Source: a virus. Taken from it: a DNA stretch of 64,000 nt. Each line of letters begins with the position of its first letter. Position 1 is the first letter of the stretch. The notes below the pieces were generated by a model that did not search any database, was not told where the DNA came from, and saw only the letters and a program-made list of their open reading frames with translations. The stretch is taken from IMG/VR virus record IMGVR_UViG_3300035492_000217. One strand, given 5' to 3'. The position numbers and the translations under genes are program-made. Below, in pieces: positions 26,458 through 35,768 of this stretch.

Positions 26458-26762
26458 GCCAGGGACTGCAGGTTTGGGACGACAGTGGAAACCTTGTATT
26501 TTCCGATGAGTTCTTTGCAATTAGGATACTAGGCAGTATTACAACCGGCGTGTCAAATGGGTCAATTTACATACCGGAACTAGCAGAGGCTCCGTCACCT
26601 GCGTTCGTATTTTCAACAGAAGCTCCAGCCAATCTATCAGTTTTTACTATAACCCCTGATGTTTCCGTGTCGGGGGCAACAATTTCCTGGGTCTTCAACG
26701 CTTCGTCTACTGGGATATTTAAAAGAGTCTCTATGAAGGTTTATTACGGGGTGTCGGCGTGA
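26454..26762 (+). CDS. hypothetical protein (102 aa), low-GC island
   Basis: ATGA overlap with J. Its N-terminus is paralogous to that of the next gene. Confidence 0.7.
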   Translation: MSQGLQVWDDSGNLVFSDEFFAIRILGSITTGVSNGSIYIPELAEAPSPAFVFSTEAPANLSVFTITPDVSVSGATISWVFNASSTGIFKRVSMKVYYGVSA

Positions 26763-27436
26763 GGGCTGGCCTTGAAGTCACTAGGGACAACGGCTCAATC
26801 TTACTGTCAGATGAGTACGTGTCTACGGTTCTTATGACTACCCTTATTGCCAGCCAGTGGTCAAACGGCGAGGCCATAACCTCTCAGGTTAAAACGGCTA
26901 ACTACTGCGACATATATATCCCATTAGAAGCTGGTATTTTGGCCTTTGAGGATACAGCTGGATTTTATGTTTGTGCTATATACGGTGAGCAAGTAGGGGA
27001 AAGTCGAAGGGTCAGGCTCTATTGTTCAGGTAAGCCATCAATTAAGCTCCATTGTTTTGGCACCGTGCTACCGTCAGCTCGTGGTGATTATGGTCTCCAG
27101 TTGTTCAAGCAGGATGGCAGCCTGGCCTTCGACTCCTCTCATAAACATATTAGGGTCAAAACAAACGCACTGTCGTCCGGCGGGGCGGTATCACTACCAA
27201 ACGACGGAGTATACGGGGTGGCCGTCGGAAGTTTTCCGTACTCTTATGGGGTATATGTTGGGTCGGTAGGGTATGGGTACACTTTCTTCAGAGTTGGGGT
27301 GAGGGTTAGAGGTGGGATAGACGCCTCTTTTTCTAATGTACTGGTGGCCGCCAGCGGACAGCAGCCTAACATCGGACCTACGCCGGCCGGCGGTGGGGGG
27401 GCATCGTTTTCAGTGATGGCGATGAAAATCGCATGA
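26759..27436 (+). CDS. hypothetical protein (225 aa), low-GC island
   Basis: GTGA overlap with the upstream gene. N-terminus GLEVTRDNGSILLSDEY versus GLQVWDDSGNLVFSDEF in the upstream protein. Confidence 0.7.
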   Translation: MRAGLEVTRDNGSILLSDEYVSTVLMTTLIASQWSNGEAITSQVKTANYCDIYIPLEAGILAFEDTAGFYVCAIYGEQVGESRRVRLYCSGKPSIKLHCFGTVLPSARGDYGLQLFKQDGSLAFDSSHKHIRVKTNALSSGGAVSLPNDGVYGVAVGSFPYSYGVYVGSVGYGYTFFRVGVRVRGGIDASFSNVLVAASGQQPNIGPTPAGGGGASFSVMAMKIA

Positions 27437-27453
27437 ACTTTGTTATCATGAAC

Positions 27454-27466
27454 CCATATTTACAGG
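27454..27466. promoter_or_regulatory. Palindromic motif copy (CCATATTTACAGG)
   Basis: Lies 15 nt upstream of the fibre ATG. Its ACAGGAA could act as the SD. Confidence 0.5.
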
Positions 27467-27481
27467 AATGCTTATACCCTT

Positions 27482-29950
27482 ATGGCAGCCGCAACCAACT
27501 TCCCTGAATTCAACGCCGCCGTCACCGAGCTGACCACGAAAGTCAGCACCCTCTTGGGCGACGTAGCCGCGATGCAGTCGGTTGCGAACGTCCAGGTTGC
27601 GGTCGACAAGGCGGCTGAAGCGTCTGCCTCTGCGACTGAGGCGGCGGCTAGTAAGGCCGCGGCGGCGTCTAGCGCAGCGTCAGCAACCTCCTCGAAGGAT
27701 TCTGCCTCTGCATCAGCTACCAAAGCTGGCCAGTGGGCCGAGGCCAACGAAGGGACGGCTGTGGAGGCTGGCAAATACAGCGCCAAGCACCACGCGATTA
27801 AAGCCGCTGCGTCGGCCTCCAGCGCCTCCGCAAGCGCCACCACCGCCACCACCAAAGCGGGCGAAGCCTCTACCTCAGCTGCTAGCTCCGCGAGCTCGGC
27901 GGGAGTTGCCTCATCCAAAGCCGGTGAGGCCGCAGCCTCCGCTAACACAGCCAGTACAAAGGCCGGGGAAGCCTCCACCAGCGCCACCAACGCTGCGAAC
28001 TCGGCTGCGACTGCGGCAACAAAGGCCGGGGAAGCCTCCACCAGCGCCACCAACGCTGCGAACGCAAACACCTCCGCCCAGGCCGCAAAGACCGCCGCAG
28101 AGGCGGCCAGAGACCGGGCGGAGACAGCAGCTGCCACCGTAACCGGTAACCTGATCGAGATGGGCGGCGTAAGCCTGGCATCAGGGGTGTACCCGGCAAA
28201 GCCGGCGAACAACGGGGCCTTTTGGAAGGTGACAGCTGGCGGAACCGTTGGCGGCGTCGAGTATGGGGTTGGCGACACCCTTGTCTACTCGAAAAGCCTT
28301 GACCAGTTCTACAAGATCGACAACACCGAAAGCGTAACCTCGGTAGCAGGCAGAACCGGCGTCGTGACGTTGACCAAAGCCGACGTTGACCTTAACAACG
28401 TCGACAACACGTCCGACGCCAACAAGCCTATCTCTGCAGCTACTCAAATCGCGCTGAATGCTAAGGCGCCACTGGACTCGCCGGCATTCACCGGCAACCC
28501 GACCGCCCCGACGCCGGCCACCACCGATAACGACACGTCGGTGGCCACCACGGCGTTCGTGCGGGCGGCGATGGCGTTGTTTGGGGTGGGTGGCGCTGGC
28601 CCGCGAGTGGCTGACCTGAATAGCCAGATGACGTCCGGGTTGTTCACCTGTGACACGTCTACGCTAAACCGCCCAGCGTCCGACAGCGCAGGGGCGGCTA
28701 GTTGCCTGGTCTCCGCTCACGACGCCGATGATGTTAGGCAGGTGTATTTTTTCCGGGACGGCCGCATTGCTACTCGCGTCATGGCGGTGGGCACATGGTC
28801 CGCATGGCAAGAACTCTGGCACACCGGCAACCTCGCCAAGCAGACGGGGCCGAATGACGCAACGCCCGGCGCCGTGGTCATGGCAGACAACTTTGCTACG
28901 CGCATGGGCAATATCGGAGCCCCGATCAACCTAATGCGTGATTCAGGCCGGTTCGGTGGGGCTGTCTCTCCGCAAAGCCTGTATGTTCCTGCTGCCTTTG
29001 CTAACGCAACTGGATTTCTGGCGGCCTATAACGGAAGCACATGGGCCGATGCCGGGCAGTTCTTCCACGACAACAGCACCAATGGCGGTGCGCGCGGCGC
29101 GCTGACTCAGGACGTCATCGACTTTCTGACCGCTGCCGGTCGAACCGGAATCTATGCTCGCTATGGCGTAGAGTTTCACATCGGAACGCTAACGCAGGGG
29201 GCTGGCACATCCGTGCAGTCGGTAGGCCCTGACTCCGTTGCGCGGTATCTATCTGTGATCAGCAGTAATCAGCCATGCACAGGGCCAGGGAGTAGAGCCA
29301 CTTTCGCTGGGTGGCTGAAGGCGAAAACCGGCTCGGCGCATGTGCTGGCCGCTGGTGTCGATCTGTACATCAACGGGGTGCTTACACCGGGTAATTACGC
29401 GCTGCCGGCCAATACTTGGGTTCATGTTCGCCAGGTAATTACCGCGCGATACGGTTACGACAATGGATTCCCGCGGGTGTATGCCACCCCAGGTGCGCAG
29501 ATTCAGTTCGCACTCCCTGCGCACTTCGCTGGCGAGGTGGATGTCGGTCTGCACACTGCGCCTATCGGTCATGTGCCAGGCCTGCAGGTGGTGGGGGTAG
29601 TCAGCCAGGCCGCCGGAGAAATGACCGGCGCGATCATCGAGCGCGGCAGCAATGCAAACGGGGAGTACGTGCGGTTTGCGGATGGGACGCAGATTTGTAG
29701 GGTCCGGGTGACCCAGGCAGATGTCGCTATATCCGTACCGTTCATGGGTGGCTTCCGTTCTTCTGGGTATACGTGGTCGCCGCCGGCGGGGTTTGTTGGA
29801 GATATAGAGTTTCTAGGGTCTCCATACTCTAGCGCTGATGCGTTTTCGATAAACATAGGCGGCGCCGGTTCTTACTTCTTCACTGCGATAACGTCGCAGC
29901 CTGCCGCCACACGGACGTGCAACCTGTTCGCTATCGGCCGTTGGTACTAA
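27482..29950 (+). CDS. tail fibre protein
   Basis: 822 aa. Ala/Ser-rich repetitive N-terminal region (TKAGEASTSA units), then a globular C-terminal part. Located downstream of J. Confidence 0.8.
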   Translation: MAAATNFPEFNAAVTELTTKVSTLLGDVAAMQSVANVQVAVDKAAEASASATEAAASKAAAASSAASATSSKDSASASATKAGQWAEANEGTAVEAGKYSAKHHAIKAAASASSASASATTATTKAGEASTSAASSASSAGVASSKAGEAAASANTASTKAGEASTSATNAANSAATAATKAGEASTSATNAANANTSAQAAKTAAEAARDRAETAAATVTGNLIEMGGVSLASGVYPAKPANNGAFWKVTAGGTVGGVEYGVGDTLVYSKSLDQFYKIDNTESVTSVAGRTGVVTLTKADVDLNNVDNTSDANKPISAATQIALNAKAPLDSPAFTGNPTAPTPATTDNDTSVATTAFVRAAMALFGVGGAGPRVADLNSQMTSGLFTCDTSTLNRPASDSAGAASCLVSAHDADDVRQVYFFRDGRIATRVMAVGTWSAWQELWHTGNLAKQTGPNDATPGAVVMADNFATRMGNIGAPINLMRDSGRFGGAVSPQSLYVPAAFANATGFLAAYNGSTWADAGQFFHDNSTNGGARGALTQDVIDFLTAAGRTGIYARYGVEFHIGTLTQGAGTSVQSVGPDSVARYLSVISSNQPCTGPGSRATFAGWLKAKTGSAHVLAAGVDLYINGVLTPGNYALPANTWVHVRQVITARYGYDNGFPRVYATPGAQIQFALPAHFAGEVDVGLHTAPIGHVPGLQVVGVVSQAAGEMTGAIIERGSNANGEYVRFADGTQICRVRVTQADVAISVPFMGGFRSSGYTWSPPAGFVGDIEFLGSPYSSADAFSINIGGAGSYFFTAITSQPAATRTCNLFAIGRWY

Positions 29951-29961
29951 TCGGAGCACCC

Positions 29962-30309
29962 ATGCACATCACCCTTTCCCCCGTCCGCCTGGACGAAACC
30001 CTGGCCGCGTCCCTGGTCGGCGACGTACTGACCTTGAACGGCGCCGCCTTCGACTTCGGCCCGCTGCCCGAGGGCGCCACGCTGCCGGCCGAGACGATAG
30101 ATTCGGAATGGATCGTCGGCCCTGTGTCGCGCATCGACGGCGAATTGCACCTGACCCTGCTCCTGCCGCACGGCCCGAACCCGAGCCAGGACGTGGCTTT
30201 CCCGCGGCCGCTGGTGGTGATGGTCGACGGCGAGATTGATCTGCCGTTCGACCCGCCACCCGTCGAGCCGGAGCCATTAACCGACATGCTCGAGGAACTG
30301 CCCGCATGA
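29962..30309 (+). CDS. hypothetical protein (115 aa), possible fibre accessory protein
   Basis: ATG at 29962 follows GGAG. Lies within ORF 29917-30309. Confidence 0.55.
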   Translation: MHITLSPVRLDETLAASLVGDVLTLNGAAFDFGPLPEGATLPAETIDSEWIVGPVSRIDGELHLTLLLPHGPNPSQDVAFPRPLVVMVDGEIDLPFDPPPVEPEPLTDMLEELPA

Positions 30310-30641
30310 GCAACATCGACTGGAGCGGCGTAGTCACCGCCGAAGACAAAGCCAAGAAGGCCGCTGCCGCGGCGCGCGAGGCGTGGAAGGCACGCCGTGC
30401 CGAGGCGGTGCGCAACATCAAGGTGACCACCACCAGCGGCCGGGTATTCGACGGCGACGAGATCAGCCAGGCGCGCATGGCTCGCGCCATCCTCGGGCTG
30501 CAGCCGGCCGGCGAGGGGGCGACCGTGACCTGGGTGCTGGCAGACAACACTCAGGTGTCCGTGACCGCCGCGGAACTGTCAGAGGCACTGAACCTGGCCG
30601 GCGCCGAGCAGGCGCGCCTGTGGGTGGCCGATCATGAATAA
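30306..30641 (+). CDS. hypothetical protein, possibly DUF4376-like fibre-assembly-associated
   Basis: 111 aa. The pattern ...GRVFDGDEISQARM... recalls DUF4376 from memory only. ATGA overlap with the upstream gene. Confidence 0.5.
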   Translation: MSNIDWSGVVTAEDKAKKAAAAAREAWKARRAEAVRNIKVTTTSGRVFDGDEISQARMARAILGLQPAGEGATVTWVLADNTQVSVTAAELSEALNLAGAEQARLWVADHE

Positions 30642-30951
30642 GCTCGATCTCGCGGCCTACCAGGCGCGCCATGGCCGCCGGCCGTACTGGCTGGCCCTGC
30701 TGATCGCCCTGGATCAGCTGGCCAACGCCATGCTCTGGGGCTACGTCGACGAAACGCTCTCAAGCCGCGCCTACCGCAGTGCCCAGCTGCGCACCCCGGC
30801 AAAGCGCCGTTGGCGCCTGGCCGAACGGATGATCAACACACTGTTCTGGTGGGACCGACAGGGAGCGCTACGGCATTGCCAGCTGGCGTACTACGGCGAG
30901 CTGGCAGGCGAACACCTGCCGCGCTCGATGACCAAACATCAGAACCTGTAA
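30634..30951 (+). CDS. hypothetical protein (105 aa) with one hydrophobic segment
   Basis: ORF track. Contains YWLALLIALDQLANAML. Overlaps the upstream stop. Confidence 0.6.
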   Translation: MNKLDLAAYQARHGRRPYWLALLIALDQLANAMLWGYVDETLSSRAYRSAQLRTPAKRRWRLAERMINTLFWWDRQGALRHCQLAYYGELAGEHLPRSMTKHQNL

Positions 30952-30973
30952 ATAAGGGTTTCCATAAATACGG
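30945..30973. promoter_or_regulatory. Two degenerate palindromic motif copies (CCTGTAAATAAGG, CCATAAATACGG)
   Basis: The first overlaps the stop codon of 30634-30951. The second ends 1 nt before the ATG at 30975. Confidence 0.5.
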
Positions 30974-31013
30974 CATGGGGTTAGGATTCACCCAACTCAG
31001 GCCGGTACCTATC

Positions 31014-31355
31014 ATGCCCTTTGACTGGAAACCTTACGCACTCTCGGCGATCTTCGCAGTTTTGTGCTGGAACTTCTGGCTGCAGAAGGGCGACGCTGAA
31101 CGTGAACTGGATTTGGCAGTTAAGGTGAACGGCCGCCTTGTCGACGCCAATCAGGAGCTGCGAGCCAGCATCAGTCGACAAAATGAGGCTGTCAGCCTGC
31201 TGCGAGCTTCAGCTGAATCCTTCGCTGCCGCCGCCGGCACTAGGGCGGATGCAGTGAAGCAGGATATCCCCCGCAAGATCCAGCAGGACAGTGCCACAGG
31301 CACAGCGCCAGAGGAGATGAACCAGTGGCTCGAGTCGCTGTTCTCCTCGCACTGA
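31014..31355 (+). CDS. i-spanin (Rz-like)
   Basis: N-terminal TM (YALSAIFAVLCWNFWL) followed by a coiled coil. An alternative start lies at 30975. The o-spanin gene overlaps its 3' end. Confidence 0.6.
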   Translation: MPFDWKPYALSAIFAVLCWNFWLQKGDAERELDLAVKVNGRLVDANQELRASISRQNEAVSLLRASAESFAAAAGTRADAVKQDIPRKIQQDSATGTAPEEMNQWLESLFSSH

Positions 31356-31642
31356 TCCTCGCCGGCTGCACTACCACCGAGTACGTCGACCGGCCCGTCG
31401 AGGTTCTGGTCCCCGTCCAGGTAGAGCGCAGTGCACCGGAGTGGCTCGTGGCGCCGTATCAGCCCTCCGCTCTCCCTCGCTTCATTCCTCCGTCCGACCC
31501 CGCCGCGAAAGCCGCTTTGTCCGAACAAGGTCTGGCTGACCTGAAAGTCATCCTGCGCATGCTCAAAGAGCGTGACAACGGATGGCGGGCGTGGGCCGTA
31601 ACCCCAACCGAAGAGACTCCGCCGAATGTTCAACCTGAGTAG
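31325..31642 (+). CDS. o-spanin (Rz1-like lipoprotein)
   Basis: GTG start. Signal peptide with lipobox LILAGC, and a proline-rich mature part. Overlaps the Rz-like 3' end in another frame. Confidence 0.6.
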   Translation: MARVAVLLALILAGCTTTEYVDRPVEVLVPVQVERSAPEWLVAPYQPSALPRFIPPSDPAAKAALSEQGLADLKVILRMLKERDNGWRAWAVTPTEETPPNVQPE

Positions 31643-32087
31643 CCGCAGCGAACAGCGGCTGTCCGAGGTCCACCCAGACCTGCAGAAAGTGGTCAGGCTT
31701 GCCATCCGCAGGTCGAAGATCGATTTCACTGTCCTGGAGGGCCTGCGGAGCGCGACCCGGCAGAAGCAGTTGGTCGCCCAGGGCAAGTCGAAGACACTGG
31801 ACGGCCGGCACATCACTGGCCACGCCGTCGACCTCGGCGCCTATGTCGGTGGCCAAGTCTCCTGGGACTGGGAACACTACTACACCCTCGCCGAAGCGAT
31901 GCGTGACGCAGCTGTAGAGCTCGGCGTCCCGATCGTATGGGGCGGAGTATGGGACAAGCGGCTCAACCTGCTGCACGACACGAAGAAGGCAGTCGCCGAC
32001 TACGTGCAGTCTCGCAAGGCAGTCGGGCGGGATGCGTTCATTGACGGCCCGCACTTCGAACTGGACCGCAAGGAGTACCCAGCATGA
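31626..32087 (+). CDS. endolysin, peptidase M15 family (zinc D-Ala-D-Ala / L-Ala-D-Glu peptidase type)
   Basis: Metal-ligand pattern H-x6-D (HITGHAVDL) plus a C-terminal His (DGPHFEL), as in VanY/M15-type phage lysins. Confidence 0.85.
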   Translation: MFNLSSRSEQRLSEVHPDLQKVVRLAIRRSKIDFTVLEGLRSATRQKQLVAQGKSKTLDGRHITGHAVDLGAYVGGQVSWDWEHYYTLAEAMRDAAVELGVPIVWGGVWDKRLNLLHDTKKAVADYVQSRKAVGRDAFIDGPHFELDRKEYPA

Positions 32088-32398
32088 GCGCTGAGCAGTG
32101 GTCCAACCTGTTGGTGAACGCCGTGCCGTTCCTCTTGTATGGCGCGCTGCTGTTCAAACTCTACTCGGCCTGGAGACGGGTCAGGGCTATGGAAGACCGG
32201 TGCAGGGAGACCCGCCTGGCAGCTGTCCTGCTACTGCTGACCGTGTGCACGCTGACCTTCATGGCAGCCAATGCGTACGCGCTCGAGGTGTACGGCAAAA
32301 CGTTCCTTTCGCTTCGAGTTTTCCAGATGTTCGTGCTCAGCAATTGCGCAGCCTACTGGCTCGTCCTGGACCTGATCACCAAAGACGCCTGCGAGTAA
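32084..32398 (+). CDS. holin-like membrane protein (3 predicted TM segments)
   Basis: 104 aa. ATGA overlap with the endolysin gene. Three hydrophobic stretches. Confidence 0.55.
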   Translation: MSAEQWSNLLVNAVPFLLYGALLFKLYSAWRRVRAMEDRCRETRLAAVLLLLTVCTLTFMAANAYALEVYGKTFLSLRVFQMFVLSNCAAYWLVLDLITKDACE

Positions 32399-32409
32399 GG
32401 AACCACCCA

Positions 32410-32754
32410 TTGAAGATTCCGCCGGAGTGGTTCGATAAGGCCCAGGATTACCTCTACTTCGGCACGCTCGGGGCGTTTGCAGCCCTGGTCGGCTGTTTGT
32501 GGCAGGTGGCGAGGAAGGGCGGGCAGCCGGTTGCGCTGCTGACCTTGTTCTCCACCACGGTTGTGGGGTTCTATCTGGGAATGCTGTTTGGGGGGATTGT
32601 CTCGCCAGACTGGGCGAATAGAGACGCGGTGGTCCTGCTGATCGGCGCCACCGGTTTGAAGGGATTCGAGGTGGTGCTCTCCGTGGCGAAGAACACCATC
32701 CCCGTTTTGTTGCGGGCTACTCAGCAGCCCCCGCCGACGAAGGACGAGGATTGA
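32410..32754 (+). CDS. second holin/antiholin-like membrane protein
   Basis: TTG start at 32410 after AAGGAA. About 114 aa with 3 hydrophobic segments. The upstream part of ORF 32098-32754 overlaps the previous gene in another frame. Confidence 0.5.
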   Translation: MKIPPEWFDKAQDYLYFGTLGAFAALVGCLWQVARKGGQPVALLTLFSTTVVGFYLGMLFGGIVSPDWANRDAVVLLIGATGLKGFEVVLSVAKNTIPVLLRATQQPPPTKDED

Positions 32755-32883
32755 GCCTCAAGTGGTCCAAGGGCGGATCGCTTAATCCCCTACCCATTTT
32801 CCGCAGGGCCGCGGCGGCTTTGGCCGCTGAGGGCGCCATACTTCTCATCGCATCGTTCCAGCGCATCACAGCTGCTGCCTGCT

Positions 32884-33090
32884 TCACGGATACGTCCATC
32901 TGTACCTCCCGACAATCTTCTCGCCGGACTGTAGTTGGTACTCCATCTGCCTGTCACGCTGCTCGACGAACCCCGTGCGTTCCGCGCGGACGAGCTCGCC
33001 ATTGACCTCGATGATCAACGGGCAGTTGACTGGGGCTAGGTGGTCGGCGGGGTTCAGATGAACCCCGCCTCGGCAGATCTCGCAGATCAC
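32884..33090 (-). CDS. hypothetical small protein (68 aa)
   Basis: GTG start overlapping the dUTPase stop (GTGA). Contains a CEIC pair. Confidence 0.4.
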   Translation of the reverse strand: MICEICRGGVHLNPADHLAPVNCPLIIEVNGELVRAERTGFVEQRDRQMEYQLQSGEKIVGRYRWTYP

Positions 33091-33533
33091 CGACCGGTGC
33101 TCCCGAGGCCGCCTTCCCCGCGCGCCGTCGAACTCAGTTCTTCGGCCTCACAGAACTCGACTACTGGCACCTGTGACAGCTTAGCCTGGGCAATGCGGTC
33201 GCCGTGCAGGACTGGCATTGCCTCGGTGCCTTCGTTGACCAGCTTGACCATCACTTCACCGCGGTAGTCAGCGTCGATGATCCCGACGCAGTTGACCAAC
33301 CTGACACCGTTCTTGAAGCCGTGACCACTGCGGGAGTAAACCTCCATCGCCCAGGAGACAGGGATCTCGAATGAAAGGCCGGTACGAATCAACGCGGTAT
33401 GGCCTGGCTGAAGCAGCAGCCCGCCATCAGGTAGCAGAGCATGCAGGTCAAAGCAGGCGGCATGCTCTGAGCCATATCGTGGCAGCATGGCCTGCGGGTC
33501 CAGTTTCTTGACCTTCATGGTGATGTTGTCCAT
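33087..33533 (-). CDS. dut: dUTP diphosphatase (trimeric dUTPase)
   Basis: Motifs: GIIDADYRGE, GDRIAQ and C-terminal RGEGGLGSTG. The ATG at 33533 follows GGAG; the track start at 33539 is a TTG. Confidence 0.9.
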   Translation of the reverse strand: MDNITMKVKKLDPQAMLPRYGSEHAACFDLHALLPDGGLLLQPGHTALIRTGLSFEIPVSWAMEVYSRSGHGFKNGVRLVNCVGIIDADYRGEVMVKLVNEGTEAMPVLHGDRIAQAKLSQVPVVEFCEAEELSSTARGEGGLGSTGR

Positions 33534-33535
33534 CG

Positions 33536-35746
33536 TCAAACTCCAACTTCAATGATGTTCGCGGCCAGGGCTTGATCCTGTTCGCGGTGGGTGATGAGCA
33601 ACAGCTGCTTGGCGCTTCCCGCCAGCGACGCGGCCAGTCCCGTCGCGTTGTGCTCGCTCATGGATTCAGTGGGCTCGTCGAAGATCAGCAGGCTGTCCGA
33701 GCCATACAGCGCCCGGGCCAGGCCGATACGAACGGCTGAGCCGATGAACGCCTTCTGCGCGCCGGAAGCACAGGCGACCGGCGCAACCACGCCGTCCTCC
33801 TCGTAGCAGAAGTCGCCGTCTTCGTTGGTGATGCGGGTGATCTCCCCGCGGGTCGCTGCCTTGACCTGGCGCGAAGCCACGGCCATGACGGTTTCCCATA
33901 CGTCGCGCAGGTACTGGACCCGGCGATCAGCCAGGAAGCGGGCCAGTCGGCCAGCGCGGTCTGCGGCGATCTCATGGCCCTTCACCTTCTGCAGAGTGCT
34001 TTCCAGCACCTCGACGCGGTGCTGGGCCTCCTTCAGTGCCTTGGCTGCGACGGCATCGTCACGCACCGCCATATCCACAGCGTGCTGCGCCGCCTGGTAG
34101 TTCCGGTCCCACTCGGCCTTGGCCTGGGTATAGGTGTCCTCAGCCGCGCGAGCTGCAGCGATCTGCTCATCAGTCGGGGCGTCGATCACCAGTGCCTGGC
34201 GTGCTTCAACCACGGCGTCTTCAGCGCTGGCGACGTTCTTGTGCGCCTGGCGCAGCCGGCGTTCCGCCGCAGCGCGACGCTCGTTTGCCTCTACGCCGGC
34301 GTCAGCCTTGGCTTTGAGGCCGGCAACCTCGCCCTGCAGTTCTTCGATCACCGACTCCAGGCTGCTCGCCTCGCCGCGCAGGTCGTTGACCACACTGGCG
34401 TCGACCAGCTTGTCGGCCCACTTCTCAACCTCGGCCTGCTTGGCAGCGCGCTGATCGATGCGCTTGCGCATGGCGGCCAGCTGCTTAGCCCCTTCGGCCT
34501 CGCCGGCGGAGGCCAGCGACAGCGTCACGCCGAGGTCGGAGATCTGCTTCTCGAGCGTGGCGATTTCCTCGGCCAGCTGCTCAGGGTCATGCTCGGCCAG
34601 CGCCGTGCCGCAGGTCGGGCAGGTGGCGTCCTTCTCGAGCTTGCGCAGCGCGGCCAGTTTGGACTTGTCGACGGCGATCAACTCGCGGGTGCGGGCGGCC
34701 TCGTCGGCATAGTGAGCATGGGTTTTCTCGGCTTCTTCAAGCCTGGCCACGGTGACCGGCTCGATCGCCGCCAGCTCCGTCTGAGCCTGCTCGTGCTCAG
34801 CCTCGGCGCGGATTGCGCTGGCCAACTGCTCCTTCACGTCAGCCAGCCGGGCACGCTTCTGGCGAAGCACGGCGCCTTTCTCGGCGGAGGCCGCGGTGAC
34901 GCTGTCGATGTCCACCAGCTCACCACACTCTGCCAGCGCCTGCTCAGCCGTGGTGACGGCCTCACGCTTGTGCTCCAGAGCGGCCTCAGCTTCGCGCAGG
35001 GCGCTTTCCGCACGCTGGGCAATACGTTGGGTCGCCTGAAGGGCAGAAGAGCTCACAGCGGGCGGCGTAGCGGCCAGCGGCGGGAAGTTGTCGAGGTCGG
35101 TCTCGGCCACGTAACGGGCAGAGGTGGTTACTTGCGCACTGAACGAGGCGGCTTCAAACACTACTCGCGCGTGGTTCAGCTCCTCGTCTGACACGCTGCA
35201 AGCGTCTGCTGCAGCTTTCTCCGCGGTAGCCATGGCCCGGGCGCGGGTCATGATGCCGTCGATCAGTGCGATGCCGGCGAACTCTTCGACCTTCTGGTTC
35301 AGTGCGGTCGTGCCGAAGGACAGCAGGCCGGCGGTCTGATGCTGCTTGGAGTTCAGGAACAGCGCGAAGTCCTTGGCAGTGAGGCCGAGCAGCTCTTCGA
35401 CGTAGGCGGTCACCGGGGTGTTGCCGTTGGCAACGAGCTGGTCGTCATCAGGGTCGGAAGCGATAACTACCAATTTTGCTGTAGATTTCGAGCGAGTCAG
35501 CATGTAGGTGACCCCGTTGACCTCGAAGTGAAGCTCCAGTCCGAACGTCGTCTGCCCCCAGGTCGGGATGTGCTCTTTCTTGCCAGGCACGACGGTCACT
35601 CCGAACAGTGCAGCCTCGATCGCCTGGATCAGGGTCGACTTGCCGCGGGCGTTCTCGCCGCAGATCACGTTCAGACCGTCGGTGAAGTCGGCGGTGAAGG
35701 TGCCCAGGCGCTTGAAGTTGGTGGTAACGAGCTTGATCAGTTTCAT
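33536..35746 (-). CDS. SbcC/Rad50-like ATPase (coiled-coil nuclease subunit)
   Basis: N-terminal Walker A (GENARGKST), a long coiled coil with a CPTCG zinc-hook-like motif, and C-terminal LLIFDEPT (Walker B). ATG at 35746 after AAGGA. Confidence 0.85.
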   Translation of the reverse strand: MKLIKLVTTNFKRLGTFTADFTDGLNVICGENARGKSTLIQAIEAALFGVTVVPGKKEHIPTWGQTTFGLELHFEVNGVTYMLTRSKSTAKLVVIASDPDDDQLVANGNTPVTAYVEELLGLTAKDFALFLNSKQHQTAGLLSFGTTALNQKVEEFAGIALIDGIMTRARAMATAEKAAADACSVSDEELNHARVVFEAASFSAQVTTSARYVAETDLDNFPPLAATPPAVSSSALQATQRIAQRAESALREAEAALEHKREAVTTAEQALAECGELVDIDSVTAASAEKGAVLRQKRARLADVKEQLASAIRAEAEHEQAQTELAAIEPVTVARLEEAEKTHAHYADEAARTRELIAVDKSKLAALRKLEKDATCPTCGTALAEHDPEQLAEEIATLEKQISDLGVTLSLASAGEAEGAKQLAAMRKRIDQRAAKQAEVEKWADKLVDASVVNDLRGEASSLESVIEELQGEVAGLKAKADAGVEANERRAAAERRLRQAHKNVASAEDAVVEARQALVIDAPTDEQIAAARAAEDTYTQAKAEWDRNYQAAQHAVDMAVRDDAVAAKALKEAQHRVEVLESTLQKVKGHEIAADRAGRLARFLADRRVQYLRDVWETVMAVASRQVKAATRGEITRITNEDGDFCYEEDGVVAPVACASGAQKAFIGSAVRIGLARALYGSDSLLIFDEPTESMSEHNATGLAASLAGSAKQLLLITHREQDQALAANIIEVGV

Positions 35747-35768
35747 CGTGAATTCCTTGTGGGGGCCG

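Noticed and set aside
27472-28278. 268-aa Ala-rich minus-strand ORF and plus-strand alternative frame 27582-28142
   Set aside because: These are low-complexity alternative readings of the Ala/Ser-rich N-terminal repeat region of the tail fibre gene.
32098-32409. Long N-terminal extensions of lysis-region ORFs (32098-32754 version; likewise 30810-31355)
   Set aside because: The extensions overlap the preceding genes in other frames and are Arg/Pro-rich. Internal starts with SDs (TTG 32410; ATG 31014 or 30975) give sensible membrane proteins.
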